Shown here piece after piece: positions 41,654 through 59,615 of a stretch of 64,000 bases of DNA. The notes beneath the pieces were generated by a model, which did no database searches, was not told the DNA's origin, and saw only the letters and a program-made list of their open reading frames with translations. Numbering within the stretch: the first letter of the stretch is position 1; each line of letters begins with the position of its first letter. The stretch is from an uncultured Actinomycetota bacterium (GTDB taxonomy: Bacteria; Actinomycetota; Actinomycetes; JBEVHX01), in the NCBI GenBank assembly GCA_963836025.1, contig CAWIIE010000007.1:80500-144499 (forward strand). Direction: 5' to 3'. The position numbers and the translations under genes are program-made.

Positions 41654-42298
41654 TCATGCCCCCTTCGCGGCGGTCTTGACGAGCACGAGGCCGCCGTCCG
41701 GTCCGGGAACCGCGCCCTTGATGAGCAGCAGGCCCTTCTCGGTGTCGACCGCGTGGACGGTGAGGTTCTGGACGGTCTGGCGCTCGCCGCCCATCCGGCC
41801 GGCCATCCGCACGCCCTTGAACACGCGGCCGGGGGTCGCGCAGCCGCCGATGGAACCCGGCGAGCGGTGCTTGCGCTGGGTGCCGTGCGAAGCGCCCAGG
41901 CCCTTGAAGCCGTGCCGCTTCATCACGCCAGCAGTGCCCTTGCCGCGGGTCGTGCCGACGACGTCGACCGTCTGGCCGGCCTCGAACACATCCGGGCCGA
42001 GCTCCTGGCCGACGGTGTAGTCGTTGGCGTCATCGGTACGCAGCTCCGCCACATGGCGCCGCGGGGTGACCCCGGCCTTCGCGAAGTGGCCCGCGTCGGG
42101 CTTGTTCACCTTGCGCGGGTCGATGGCGCCGAACGCGATCTGCACGGCCGCATACCCGTCGTTGTCGGGCGTGCGCACCTGCGTCACCACACAGGGGCCG
42201 GCCTTGACCACGGTCACCGGGACGAGCTTCGCGTCGGCGTCCCAGACCTGGGTCATGCCGAGCTTCTCGCCCAGCAGGCCCTTCATCTGCTTGCTCAT
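41654..42298 (-). CDS. rplC: 50S ribosomal protein L3
   Basis: [49 protein letters not shown]..., 214 aa. Confidence 0.98.
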   Translation of the reverse strand: MSKQMKGLLGEKLGMTQVWDADAKLVPVTVVKAGPCVVTQVRTPDNDGYAAVQIAFGAIDPRKVNKPDAGHFAKAGVTPRRHVAELRTDDANDYTVGQELGPDVFEAGQTVDVVGTTRGKGTAGVMKRHGFKGLGASHGTQRKHRSPGSIGGCATPGRVFKGVRMAGRMGGERQTVQNLTVHAVDTEKGLLLIKGAVPGPDGGLVLVKTAAKGA

Positions 42299-42319
42299 GT
42301 CTGCGTCGTCCTCGCCTTC

Positions 42320-42628
42320 TCAGAGCTTGATCTCGATGTCGACGCCGGCCGGGAGGTCGAGTCGCATGAGCGAGTCGACCGTCTTCGGCGTGGGGTCGAG
42401 GATGTCGATGAGTCGCTTGTGCGTGCGCATCTCGAAGTGCTCGCGGCTGTCCTTGTACTTGTGCGGCGAGCGGATGACGCAGTACACGTTCTTCTCGGTC
42501 GGCAGCGGCACCGGGCCCGCGACCTGCGCACCAGTACGCGTCACCGTCTCGACGATCTTGCGCGCCGAGCTGTCGATGACCTCGTGGTCGTAGGCCTTGA
42601 GCCTGATGCGGATCTTCTGTCCCGCCAT
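42320..42628 (-). CDS. rpsJ: 30S ribosomal protein S10
   Basis: [76 protein letters not shown]..., 102 aa. Confidence 0.98.
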   Translation of the reverse strand: MAGQKIRIRLKAYDHEVIDSSARKIVETVTRTGAQVAGPVPLPTEKNVYCVIRSPHKYKDSREHFEMRTHKRLIDILDPTPKTVDSLMRLDLPAGVDIEIKL

Positions 42629-42689
42629 GGTGGCTTCGGTGTCCTTTTCTTGTTGGTGCCGCTGTCGTGCTTGGTCAGGTGTGTCCGTC

Positions 42690-42734
42690 CCGGTCAGGTG
42701 CCGGTATGCGGTTCGCATACCGGCACCTGACCGG
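42690..42734. terminator. Perfect 21-bp stem hairpin after tuf
   Basis: CCGGTCAGGTGCCGGTATGCG-GTT-CGCATACCGGCACCTGACCGG. It lies 19 nt after the tuf stop and upstream of rpsJ. Confidence 0.75.
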
Positions 42735-42753
42735 ACGAGGAGGTGGCGCGGTG

Positions 42754-43948
<1,195 letters not shown>

Positions 43949-44057
43949 TGTGGTCCTCCTCAGGACTGTGTTGTTGAACGCCGTGCGACGTCTTGGTCAT
44001 GGTTCGGCCCGGTGCTCGTGATGCCCCGACCCGCTGGTCGTATGCTGGTGTCGTTCG

Positions 44058-46154
44058 CTACTCGCCTCTGACCTTCGCGATGATCTCGTCCGCCACGTTC
44101 CGCGGAACCTGCGCATACGAGTCGAACTGCATCGAGTAGCTCGCCCGGCCCTGGGTCTTGGACCGCAGGTCCCCGACGTAGCCGAACATCTCTGACAGCG
44201 GCACCAGCGCCTTGACGACCCGGGCGCCGGCCCGCTCGTCCATGGACTGGATGTGACCGCGGCGGGAGTTGAGGTCGCCGATCACGTCGCCCATGAAGTC
44301 CTCGGGGGTGGTGACCTCGACGGACATCATCGGCTCCATGAGCACCGGACCGGCCTTGCGCGCCGCCTCCTTGAACGCCATCGAACCGGCGATCTTGAAG
44401 GCGAGCTCGGATGAGTCGACGTCGTGGTACTGGCCGTCCTTCAGCGTGACCTTGACGCCGGTCAGCGGGTAGCCGGCGAGCACGCCGAACTCCATCGCCT
44501 CCTGGCAGCCGGCGTCGACCGACGGGATGTACTCGCGCGGGATGCGCCCACCGGTCACGGAGTTGACGAACTCGTAGCCGTCCTCGCCCTCGGTCGGCTC
44601 GACGTCGATCTGCACCTTGGCGAACTGGCCGGACCCACCCGTCTGCTTCTTGTGGGTGTAGTCGACCTTCTCGACCTTCCTGGTGATCGTCTCGCGGTAT
44701 GCGACCTGCGGCTTGCCGACGTTGGCCTCGACCTTGAACTCGCGGCGCATGCGGTCGACCAGCACGTCGAGGTGCAGCTCGCCCATGCCGGCGATGATCG
44801 TCTGGCCGGTCTCCTCGTCGGTGCGCACCTGGAAGGTCGGGTCCTCCTCGGCCAGCCGCTGGATCGCGGTGCCGAGCTTCTCCTGGTCGCTCTTGGTCCT
44901 CGGCTCGATCGCCACGTGGATGACGGGAGCCGGGAACTCCATCGACTCCAGGATCACCGGCGCCTTGTCGTCGCTGAGGGTGTCCCCGGTCGTGGTGTCC
45001 TTCAGGCCCATCACCGCCACGATGTGGCCGGCGCCGACGCTCGGGCGCTCCTCACGCTTGTTCGCGTGCATCTGGTAGATCTTGCCGATCCGCTCCTTGC
45101 GGCCCTTGGTGCTGTTGAGCACCTGGGTGCCGGTCTCGAGCAGGCCCGAGTACACGCGGATGTAGGTGAGCTTGCCGAGGTGCGGGTCGCTCATGATCTT
45201 GAAGGCGAGCGCGGAGAACGGCTCCTCCTCGCTGGGCGCACGCTCGATGACCGCGTCCTCGTCGCCGGGCTTGTGGCCCTCGATCGCATCGACGTCGAGC
45301 GGGCTCGGCAGGTAGCGCACCACCGCGTCCAGCATCGGCTGCACGCCCTTGTTCTTGAACGCCGAGCCGCAGAGCACCGGGTTGAGCTTGCCGGCGATGG
45401 TGGCCCGCCGGATCGCGGCGATGAGCTCGTCCTCGCTGGGCTGCTCGCCTTCGAGGTACTTCTCCATGATGGCGTCGTCGGCCTCGGCCAGCGTCTCGAT
45501 CAGCCGGTCGTGCCAGTCGCGGGCGGCCTCGATGTGCGTGGCCGGGATGTCGACGACGTCGTACATCTCGCCCTTGGCGGCCTCGGCCGACCACACGAGC
45601 GCCTTCATCCCGACCAGGTCGACGACCCCGGTGAAGTCGGCCTCTGAGCCGATCGGGATCTGCACCACCAGCGGGGTCGCGTTGAGCCGGGTGACCATCA
45701 TGTCGACGCAGCGGTGGAACTCGGCGCCCACCCGGTCGAGCTTGTTCACGAAGCAGATGCGGGGCACGCTGTAGCGGTCCGCCTGGCGCCAGACCGTCTC
45801 GGACTGCGGCTCGACGCCGGCCACCCCGTCGAACACGGCGACGGCACCGTCGAGGACGCGCAGCGAACGCTCCACCTCCACGGTGAAGTCGACGTGGCCC
45901 GGGGTGTCGATGATGTTGATGGTGTGGCCGTCCCACACGCAGGTCGTCGCGGCGGAGGTGATGGTGATGCCGCGCTCCTGCTCCTGCGGCATCCAGTCCA
46001 TCGTCGCGGCGCCCTCGTGGACCTCGCCGATCTTGTAGTTGATGCCGGTGTAGAACAGGATCCGCTCAGTCGTGGTGGTTTTGCCCGCGTCGATATGAGC
46101 CATGATCCCGATGTTGCGGACCTTGGCCAGGGTGGCGGCGGTGTCGGTAGCCAC
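44058..46154 (-). CDS. fusA: Elongation factor G
   Basis: [65 protein letters not shown]..., 698 aa from the GTG at 46154. Confidence 0.97.
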   Translation of the reverse strand: MATDTAATLAKVRNIGIMAHIDAGKTTTTERILFYTGINYKIGEVHEGAATMDWMPQEQERGITITSAATTCVWDGHTINIIDTPGHVDFTVEVERSLRVLDGAVAVFDGVAGVEPQSETVWRQADRYSVPRICFVNKLDRVGAEFHRCVDMMVTRLNATPLVVQIPIGSEADFTGVVDLVGMKALVWSAEAAKGEMYDVVDIPATHIEAARDWHDRLIETLAEADDAIMEKYLEGEQPSEDELIAAIRRATIAGKLNPVLCGSAFKNKGVQPMLDAVVRYLPSPLDVDAIEGHKPGDEDAVIERAPSEEEPFSALAFKIMSDPHLGKLTYIRVYSGLLETGTQVLNSTKGRKERIGKIYQMHANKREERPSVGAGHIVAVMGLKDTTTGDTLSDDKAPVILESMEFPAPVIHVAIEPRTKSDQEKLGTAIQRLAEEDPTFQVRTDEETGQTIIAGMGELHLDVLVDRMRREFKVEANVGKPQVAYRETITRKVEKVDYTHKKQTGGSGQFAKVQIDVEPTEGEDGYEFVNSVTGGRIPREYIPSVDAGCQEAMEFGVLAGYPLTGVKVTLKDGQYHDVDSSELAFKIAGSMAFKEAARKAGPVLMEPMMSVEVTTPEDFMGDVIGDLNSRRGHIQSMDERAGARVVKALVPLSEMFGYVGDLRSKTQGRASYSMQFDSYAQVPRNVADEIIAKVRGE

Positions 46155-46218
46155 GGTGCGGCGTCTCTCGCGTTCTCTCGTCGGTCGGTCGAAGTCTGTG
46201 TTGACTCGGGGCGCTGAA

Positions 46219-46688
46219 TTACCAGCGGTAGTGGGCGAAGGCCTTGTTGGACTCGGCCATCTTGTGGGTGTCCTCGCGGCGCTTGACGCTCGCGCCAAGA
46301 CCGTTGCTTGCGTCGAGCAGCTCGTTCATCAGGCGCTCGGTCATGGTCTTCTCACGACGCTGCCGCGAGTAGCCCACGAGCCAACGCAGCGCGAGGGTGG
46401 TGCTGCGGCCCGGCTTCACCTCGACCGGAACCTGGTAGGTCGCGCCACCAACGCGGCGGCTCTTGACCTCGATGGTCGGCTTGACGTTGTCGAGCGCACG
46501 CTTGAGCGTGATGACCGGGTCGCCCCCGGACTTCTCGCGGCAGCCCTCGAGCGCGCCATAGACGATGTGCTCGGCGGTGGACTTCTTGCCGGCCATCAGG
46601 ATCTTGTTGACCAGCTGGGTCACCAGCGGGCTGTTGTAGACCGGGTCGACGACCAACGGCCGCTTGGGAGCGGGGCCCTTGCGCGGCA

Positions 46689-46689
<1 letters not shown>
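46219..46689 (-). CDS. rpsG: 30S ribosomal protein S7
   Basis: [48 protein letters not shown]..., 156 aa. Confidence 0.98.
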
Positions 46690-47063
<374 letters not shown>

Positions 47064-47367
47064 GGAGTCTCCGTCTTCTGAGGTACCGGTAGTTCTGCGG
47101 TTTCGGTCGAGCGCGCGTGTGTCCGTTTCGTCCGGCGATCAACTGACTTCTCCGACCCCCGCGGTCGGGTGTGTCGCCCCGCCCGCGCTCGCAGCGCACC
47201 CTCAGAAAAGGGCGAGCTGTGAGTCGTCGGATGCCCCGGACCCAGCGCTGCTCGGACAAACCGAGGGCGCACGGCAGCGGGACGCTGTCAATCGCAGGCC
47301 TGGACGGACCCAGGCACAAGGGATGACAGTACCGGAGCCCCGCGCCAAGGGTCAAAGCGAGCCCGCT

Positions 47368-47436
47368 CCCCGGCGATCTTGAGCTTTCTTCAGCGACTCG
47401 CCGAGGTGATCATGAAGAAGGCTCAAGATCGCGGGG
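47368..47436. repeat. Family-B hairpin-type element B6, in the region upstream of rpsL
   Basis: CCCCGGCGATCTTGAGCTTTCTTCA (47368-47392), then the loop GCGACTCGCCGAGGTGATCA, then TGAAGAAGGCTCAAGATCGCGGGG (47413-47436). Close homolog of 63081-63150. Confidence 0.9.
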
Positions 47437-47445
47437 CAGGTGGCG

Positions 47446-47754
47446 TCACGCGGAGGCGCCGACCGCGATGATGATCGCGATGATTCCCGCCACGATCGCG
47501 ACGGCGAACACGCCGATATTGACCCAGGCGATGATCCGCGCCGCCGTCACCAGTCCGCTGCCGGTCCGCCAGCCGTTCGAGGCGTTGATCGTCTGCTCGG
47601 CGCGGTTGGCCATCACCAGCGCGAGAACTGCGCAGATCACCGGACACACGGTCCAGGACACGATCGACAGCACGAGTGCGGCGACCGCGTCCCCTTCGGT
47701 CTGCGGCTGCGGCGGATAACCCAGGTACTCGGGCGGCGGGTAGCCAGGGCTCAA
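47446..47754 (-). CDS. Small membrane protein, DUF4190-like (Pro/Tyr-rich N-terminus, two TM helices)
   Basis: MSPGYPPPEYLGYPPQPQTEGDAVAALVLSIVSWTVCPVICAVLALVMANRAEQTI...IIAWVNIGVFAVAIVAGIIAIIIAVGASA, 102 aa. The family assignment is from memory of the pattern. Confidence 0.7.
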   Translation of the reverse strand: MSPGYPPPEYLGYPPQPQTEGDAVAALVLSIVSWTVCPVICAVLALVMANRAEQTINASNGWRTGSGLVTAARIIAWVNIGVFAVAIVAGIIAIIIAVGASA

Positions 47755-47761
47755 GGACGGC

Positions 47762-48421
47762 TCACGTGTCCTTCAGCGGTATGCCCTTGGCGTCCGTCGT
47801 GATCGTCGAGCCGACCAGGATCAGGATCCCCTCGATGAAGCCCCAGATGGCGCCGAGGCCGAGGGTGCAGACCGTCACGACGATCTGCACGATGCCGATC
47901 GTGGTGTAGCCCAGGTAGAAGCGGTGGATCCCGAAGCCGCCGAGGAAGATCCCGAGCAGGCCAGCGACGAGCTTGCTCTTCTGGCCGGGAATCTGCGGCG
48001 CGTAGCCGTAGCCGGGCGGGGGCTGGCCGTAGGCGGGATAGCCGGGCGGCGGTCCGGGCTGTCCCGGCTGACCGGGCGGCGGGCCGTAGGCGGGATAACC
48101 GGGCGGCGGCCAGGCTGTCCCGGCTGACCGGGCGCCGGGGCGCCATACGGCGGCGGCGGTGGTGGCGGCCAGCGCGGCGGCACGGCGGCGGCGGCGGCCC
48201 CGGCGGAGCGGCGGCGGCGGTCCGCCGGCGGAGGTGGCGCGGCGGTGGCCGGCTGGCGGCGGCGGGGGCGGCGGGGTCGACGCAGGGGGTGCGGGCGCCT
48301 CGGGTGCCGGCGGGACGTCGCCCGGCACCGGAGCGGTCGCACCGAACGGGTCCGGCTGGCTCGCGGGCTCCTGGTCCTGCGGCTCCCGCGGCTGGTTCGG
48401 GTCCGGGGGCTGTTCAGACAT
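47762..48421 (-). CDS. TM2-domain membrane protein with a long Pro/Gly/Tyr-rich N-terminal region; the central (CCG)n region is frame-disturbed as assembled
   Basis: The C-terminus KLVAGLLGIFLGGFGIHRFYLGYTTIGIVQIVVTVCTLGLGAIWGFIEGILILVG looks like a TM2 domain. The N-terminus and C-terminus share a frame, but residues about 60-105 read Arg/Ala-rich while an alternative frame reads PPPPPPPYGAPAPGQPGQPG. Confidence 0.7.
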   Translation of the reverse strand: MSEQPPDPNQPREPQDQEPASQPDPFGATAPVPGDVPPAPEAPAPPASTPPPPPPPAGHRRATSAGGPPPPLRRGRRRRRAAALAATTAAAVWRPGARSAGTAWPPPGYPAYGPPPGQPGQPGPPPGYPAYGQPPPGYGYAPQIPGQKSKLVAGLLGIFLGGFGIHRFYLGYTTIGIVQIVVTVCTLGLGAIWGFIEGILILVGSTITTDAKGIPLKDT

Positions 48422-48483
48422 CAGATGGGTCCTCGATCTCAGGAGTTCGACTCAGGCTCGGCCAGGCTATCGACCGGCGGACC

Positions 48484-49091
48484 CTAGTCGGTGAGCTCGT
48501 CCGCGAACCGCCGTTCGCAGTCATCGATCGCCTCCTGGTCGGAACCCGCCTCGTCGAGGCACTCGATGAGGTTGCCCACCGAGTCGGAACTGGCGACCAC
48601 GATGATGATCACCAGACCGGCAAGGCCCAGCAGGATCGCGATGATCCCGAGCACGAGCCCGGTCGTTGCCACCCCCTTGTTCGTGGCTTCGCCGCGCTTG
48701 GCCCGGCCGCGACCGATGATGCCGAAGATCAGCGGCGAGGATGCCGAACAGGATCGCCAGGAAGAACAGGACGACCGTGAAGCTGGTGAGGACGCCGATG
48801 ATGCCGCAGACGAGGGCGGCGACGCCCAGACCGTTGCGTGCGGCGCGGTGCGCCCGGCCCGTATGCCTGACCGTATGCGCGGGTAGGCGCCGGCGCCGGG
48901 CGGCGGATACCCCGGCTGGCCGTAGGCGGCGGCTGCTGGTACCCCGGCTGCTGGTAGCCCGGCTGCTGGTAGCCCGGTTGTGGGTAGCCGGGCGGGGGCG
49001 GTGGCGGCGGTGGCGCTGGTGGGGTGGGGCCCGACGCATACGGATCGCGCTCTGGTTCGCGGTTGGGCGGCGGTCCGGGCTGGTCGGTCAC
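48484..49091 (-). CDS. DUF4190-like membrane protein with a PGYQQ-repeat N-terminus, interrupted as assembled by at least 2 indels
   Basis: VTDQPGPPPNREPERDPYASGPTPPAPPPPPPPPGYPQPGYQQPGYQQPGYQQ... | NGLGVAALVCGIIGVLTSFTVVLFFLAILFGILA | IFGIIGRGRAKRGEATNKGVATTGLVLGIIAILLGLAGLVIIIVVASSDSVGNLIECLDEAGSDQEAIDDCERRFADELTD. The shifts are near 48838-48842 and 48733. Confidence 0.65.
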
Positions 49092-49165
49092 AGGTGGTCC
49101 CCTCGGTCGATCACCAGCAAGCACAGCGTCCCGGAGGAGGCTAGCGCCAGCACGCCTGTTCAACT

Positions 49166-49203
49166 CTGATGGCCCCGTCACGGGCAGGTGACGGGGCCAT
49201 CAG
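49166..49203. terminator. Perfect 16-bp stem hairpin after rpoC
   Basis: CTGATGGCCCCGTCAC-GGGCAG-GTGACGGGGCCATCAG, 26 nt downstream of the rpoC stop. Confidence 0.75.
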
Positions 49204-49229
49204 GGTGGAACGCGCGGGACGCGGTCGGA

Positions 49230-53066
<3,837 letters not shown>

Positions 53067-53250
53067 TTCGTGCTACCTGCTCTCCTACTAGGAGTTCGTG
53101 TCTGTTATTCGTTGGCCGCTTGCACGGCCTGGTCGGCCTTCGGCCGGCTCATCTCTGTTCCGATGAAGCGAACGCTTCGCGCGCTTCATCGGGTTGCTTC
53201 GCAACCGTCGTCTGGTTGCTGAGCCGATCGTTGGTTGGCGCAGCCAAGGT

Positions 53251-56724
<3,474 letters not shown>

Positions 56725-56974
56725 GAGGCGTCCTTCCGAGGGCTCGCAGTCTCATCTCGCGCATGCGTAACCGCCCGTGTCCAGGGTGGGGACCACGGCG
56801 GTGAGGGCAGTCAGCGGCAGCGCAAAGAGACAGAATACTCAGAAGGCGTGCGTCTGTCGAACGCGGACCTTAGCCCGCGCTCCAGAGGGTCGGATCGACC
56901 GCTTCGCGCACCGCGGCGACACTATGAACTCCCGCGGGTCCGGCGTCAAGCACCCCTCGGCGTGTCCGATGCGC

Positions 56975-57107
56975 GGTGACCATGACGGAGCTCGCGCCGG
57001 GCGGCGTCGATCATGACGAAACGCGGCCCACGGCCGGTCATCATGACGAAGCTCGGCCGCCGGCCGGTGATCATGACGCAACACCGCCCGCCTTCGTCAT
57101 GATCACC
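56975..57107. repeat. Family-B box array B7: four direct boxes in 30-31 bp register plus one inverted box
   Basis: GGTGACCATGACGGAG (56975), GTCGATCATGACGAAA (57006), GGTCATCATGACGAAG (57036), GGTGATCATGACGCAA (57066), and inverted CTTCGTCATGATCACC (57092). It lies in the rplL-rpoB spacer. Confidence 0.92.
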
Positions 57108-57144
57108 ACACGGGGGCTCCCGGCGAGGGCGCCGCACGTGCGAC

Positions 57145-57181
57145 GGGGCGGCCACCCGAGGAATCCTCGGGCGACCGCCCC
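57145..57181. terminator. Hairpin 24 nt after rplL (candidate rplL-rpoB attenuator or terminator)
   Basis: GGGGCGGCCACCCGAGG-AAT-CCTCGGGCGACCGCCCC, 15 of 17 positions complementary. Confidence 0.55.
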
Positions 57182-57204
57182 AGCACGGACGGTGTGAGCA
57201 GGAC

Positions 57205-57600
57205 CTACTTGACGGTGACCGTGGCGCCGGCGCCCTCGAGGGCGGCCTTGGCCTTGTCGGCGGTCTCCTTGTTGACCTTCTCCAGGACCGGCTTGGGGGT
57301 GCCGTCCACGAGGTCCTTGGCCTCCTTCAGGCCGAGGCTCGTGAGCGCGCGCACCTCCTTGATGACCTGGATCTTCTTCTCGCCGGCACCCTCGAGGATG
57401 ACGTCGAACTCGTCCTGCTCCTCGGCGGCGGCGGCACCGGCGTCGCCGCCAGCGGCCGCCGGGGCGGCGGCGGCCACGGCGACCGGGGCGGCCGCGGTGA
57501 CGCCGAAGGTGTCCTCGAACTGCTTGACGAACTCGCTGAGCTCCAGGAGCGACATCTCCTTGAACGCGTCGAGCAGCTCGTCGGTGCTGAGCTTCGCCAT
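57205..57600 (-). CDS. rplL: 50S ribosomal protein L7/L12
   Basis: [39 protein letters not shown]...[55 protein letters not shown], 131 aa. Confidence 0.98.
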   Translation of the reverse strand: MAKLSTDELLDAFKEMSLLELSEFVKQFEDTFGVTAAAPVAVAAAAPAAAGGDAGAAAAEEQDEFDVILEGAGEKKIQVIKEVRALTSLGLKEAKDLVDGTPKPVLEKVNKETADKAKAALEGAGATVTVK

Positions 57601-57691
57601 GGTGGCGGTCCTTCCTCATCAGTTTCCGGGTGGGGCGTGGTTTTGAAATCAACGCAGGCCCCGACCCAATTGGGTTTGGTGGGTCGGGCGG

Positions 57692-58465
57692 CTAGCCCTC
57701 GGTGGTCTCCTCGGCCGCTGCCTCGGCGGGTGCCGGTGCATCAGCGTCGGTGGCCGGCGCCTCGGTCGGCTCCTCGGTCGCGGCTGGCGCGGCGTCGGTG
57801 ACCTCGGCGGTGTCGGTGGTGTCCTCTGTGGTGTCCGTGTTGGCGGTGTCGGTGCTGTCCTCGGTGGTGGCTGGTGTGCCCTCGGTGCTGTCCTCGCTGC
57901 TGTCAGCTGTGACGGCAGGGGTACCCGCGCCGCCGGCAAGCACGCTCGGGTCCTGCTCGGCCTTCTGGCGCAGCGCCTCGAGGAGTCGAGCGGTCTGCGA
58001 CAGCGGGGCAGCGAACAACGACACGGCGCCGGTCAGCGACGCCTGCATCGCCCCCGCGAGCTTGGCGAGAAGGACCTCGCGGCTCTCGAGGTCGGCCAGC
58101 TTCTTGATCTCGTCCGGCGTGACCGGACGACCGTCCAGCACACCGCCCTTGATCACGAGCAGCGGGTGCGCCTTGGCGAAGTCACGCAGGCCCTTGGCCG
58201 CCTCGACCGGGTCGCCCTTGACGAAGGCGATGGCCGACGGACCGGCGAGCAGGTCATCCAGACCCTCGACGCCCGCGTCCTTGGCGGCGATCTTGGTGAG
58301 CGTGTTCTTCACCACGGCGTAGGACGTGGCCCCACCGAGTGAGCGGCGCAGCTCCTTGAGCTGGGCCACGGTGAGCCCGCGGTACTCGGTCAGCACTGCG
58401 GCGCTTGAGCTTCGGAACTCCGCCGTGAGCTCGGCGACGGCGGCCGCCTTGTCAGGCCTCGCCAT
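57692..58465 (-). CDS. rplJ: 50S ribosomal protein L10 with a Thr/Asp/Glu/Ala-rich C-terminal extension of about 85 aa
   Basis: [65 protein letters not shown]..., followed by the tail ...[72 protein letters not shown]. 257 aa from the ATG at 58465. Confidence 0.95.
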   Translation of the reverse strand: MARPDKAAAVAELTAEFRSSSAAVLTEYRGLTVAQLKELRRSLGGATSYAVVKNTLTKIAAKDAGVEGLDDLLAGPSAIAFVKGDPVEAAKGLRDFAKAHPLLVIKGGVLDGRPVTPDEIKKLADLESREVLLAKLAGAMQASLTGAVSLFAAPLSQTARLLEALRQKAEQDPSVLAGGAGTPAVTADSSEDSTEGTPATTEDSTDTANTDTTEDTTDTAEVTDAAPAATEEPTEAPATDADAPAPAEAAAEETTEG

Positions 58466-58772
58466 ATGTGACTGGGGCTCCTTCCAGGTCGTGCCGACTG
58501 GGCTGATCCCTGGTCCAGCGGAGTGCTGCGGGCCGCGCATACGAAACGCCCCGGCGCACGGCGCTCGGGGCGTGACGTCGATCGCGTGATGCGACGACGA
58601 TGGCGTCCAGATCACCTGCGCGGGTCGCCCGCAATGCGGGGCCTTCGAGCGTCGGATGCGCGCACCCTCAGATGCGAGCCCCGACGCCGACCAGCGGTCT
58701 TCGGCGTCGCACAGAGTACGGGGCGGCGCCCACCGGCGCCAAATCGCAGCGGGCGCCGCCTCGGGCGACCGA

Positions 58773-59585
58773 TCAGCCGGTGAAGCTCGGGGATGCCGAG
58801 GTCGCTCAGGTCGAGCAGCTGGTCCGCGGGCGGCGCCTCGACGTCCACATCCGCTCCCCAGTCGAAGAGCCGCATGCGTGACAGCTCACGTCCTCGCCCA
58901 TGACGGACATCGACGTCTCGACCTTGCGAATGGTCTGGTCGTCAGCGACCCAGAGCCAGATCTCGACGTCGTCCGCCGAGGCGAGGTCCTCGAACGCCCC
59001 GTCCAGTGCGTCTGGTGCATCCGCGATCGCTGCGAGGTCGATCTCGACGCGATATTTGGTGGTCTCCTCGCCGTCGACGGTCTCGGTGCCCTCTTCGGTG
59101 ATGTCGGCATACGGCTCAAGCGACTCGAGCCCTGCCGTCGGGTCACCCGCGTCTTCGAGCTGGCCGGCGAACTCGTCGAAAGCATCCCCGAAGAGTTCGC
59201 TCGCCATGCTGAGGTCCAGCCATTGCTCGGACCCGAACAGCTCCGGCGCGGACATGTACATGGCGTCGTCGACGAGCCGCATCGTGAACGTCATGGCGCT
59301 GCCGTCCGGTCCAGGCCCGGTGTACTCGGCCTCCATCGCCTGCCCGTCGGGGCCGTAGGCGACGACACCCTCGGCGCCGATCTCCTCGCCCGCGGCGTCG
59401 ACCGTCATGCTGAACCTCGCCGAGCCCGCCTCTTGGGACTCGGTCTCCGAGGCCAGCAGGATGTCGCTCAGTTCGACGGCCTTCGCCACGTCGTTGGCCG
59501 CCGGTACCCGCGGCGCCGCCGCCGCATCCGGTCAAGAGTCCAGCCCGGCCGCGCCGATGGCGCACCAGACGAACGCCTTCTTCAT
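58773..59585 (-). pseudogene. Lipoprotein, paralog of the adjacent gene; about 4 frame disruptions as assembled
   Basis: Pieces in alternating frames: MKKAFVWCAIGAAGL | LLTGCGGGAAGT (lipobox) | AKAVELSDILLASETESQEAGSARFSMTVDAAGEE...TTKYRVEIDLAAI...[28 protein letters not shown] | [28 protein letters not shown] | SFTG stop. It aligns with the neighbour: TTKYVVSVDVEQAI, YAIWVDGDDLPRQ, NYTDWGTTVAISAPPAEQVASLVDLLGTG. Confidence 0.6.
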
Positions 59586-59615
59586 CGCTGTGGTCCCCGT
59601 GATTCGCAGTGCGGC

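Noticed and set aside
47375-47430. The arms CTTGAGC...GCTCAAG of the hairpin elements resemble the half-sites of the HspR operator HAIR (CTTGAGT-N7-ACTCAAG).
   Set aside because: The half-sites are about 35 nt apart instead of 7, and the loci (rpsL, rplM and tRNA-Trp upstream regions) are not heat-shock genes. I treat this as coincidental similarity, though worth a quick check.
56975-57107. Possibility that the 30-bp periodic arrays are a degenerate CRISPR array.
   Set aside because: The conserved unit is only about 12 bp and the intervening segments are about 18 bp and partly similar to each other. The copies are few and include inverted ones, and there are no cas genes. This does not fit CRISPR architecture.
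56946-57197. Two overlapping ORFs across the rplL-rpoB box array with periodic peptides (VMITGRRPSFVMMTGRGPRFVMID; DHDETRPTAGHHDEARPPAGDHD).
   Set aside because: The periodicity is simply the 30-bp DNA repeat translated. Equivalent pseudo-peptides appear wherever the box occurs, on either strand.
58466-58772. Roughly 300-nt structured-looking region upstream of rplJ that could be the L10 autoregulatory leader.
   Set aside because: A leader is plausible on positional grounds, but I cannot verify the conserved secondary structure by eye, so it is not reported as a feature. A covariance-model scan (Rfam L10 leader) would decide it.
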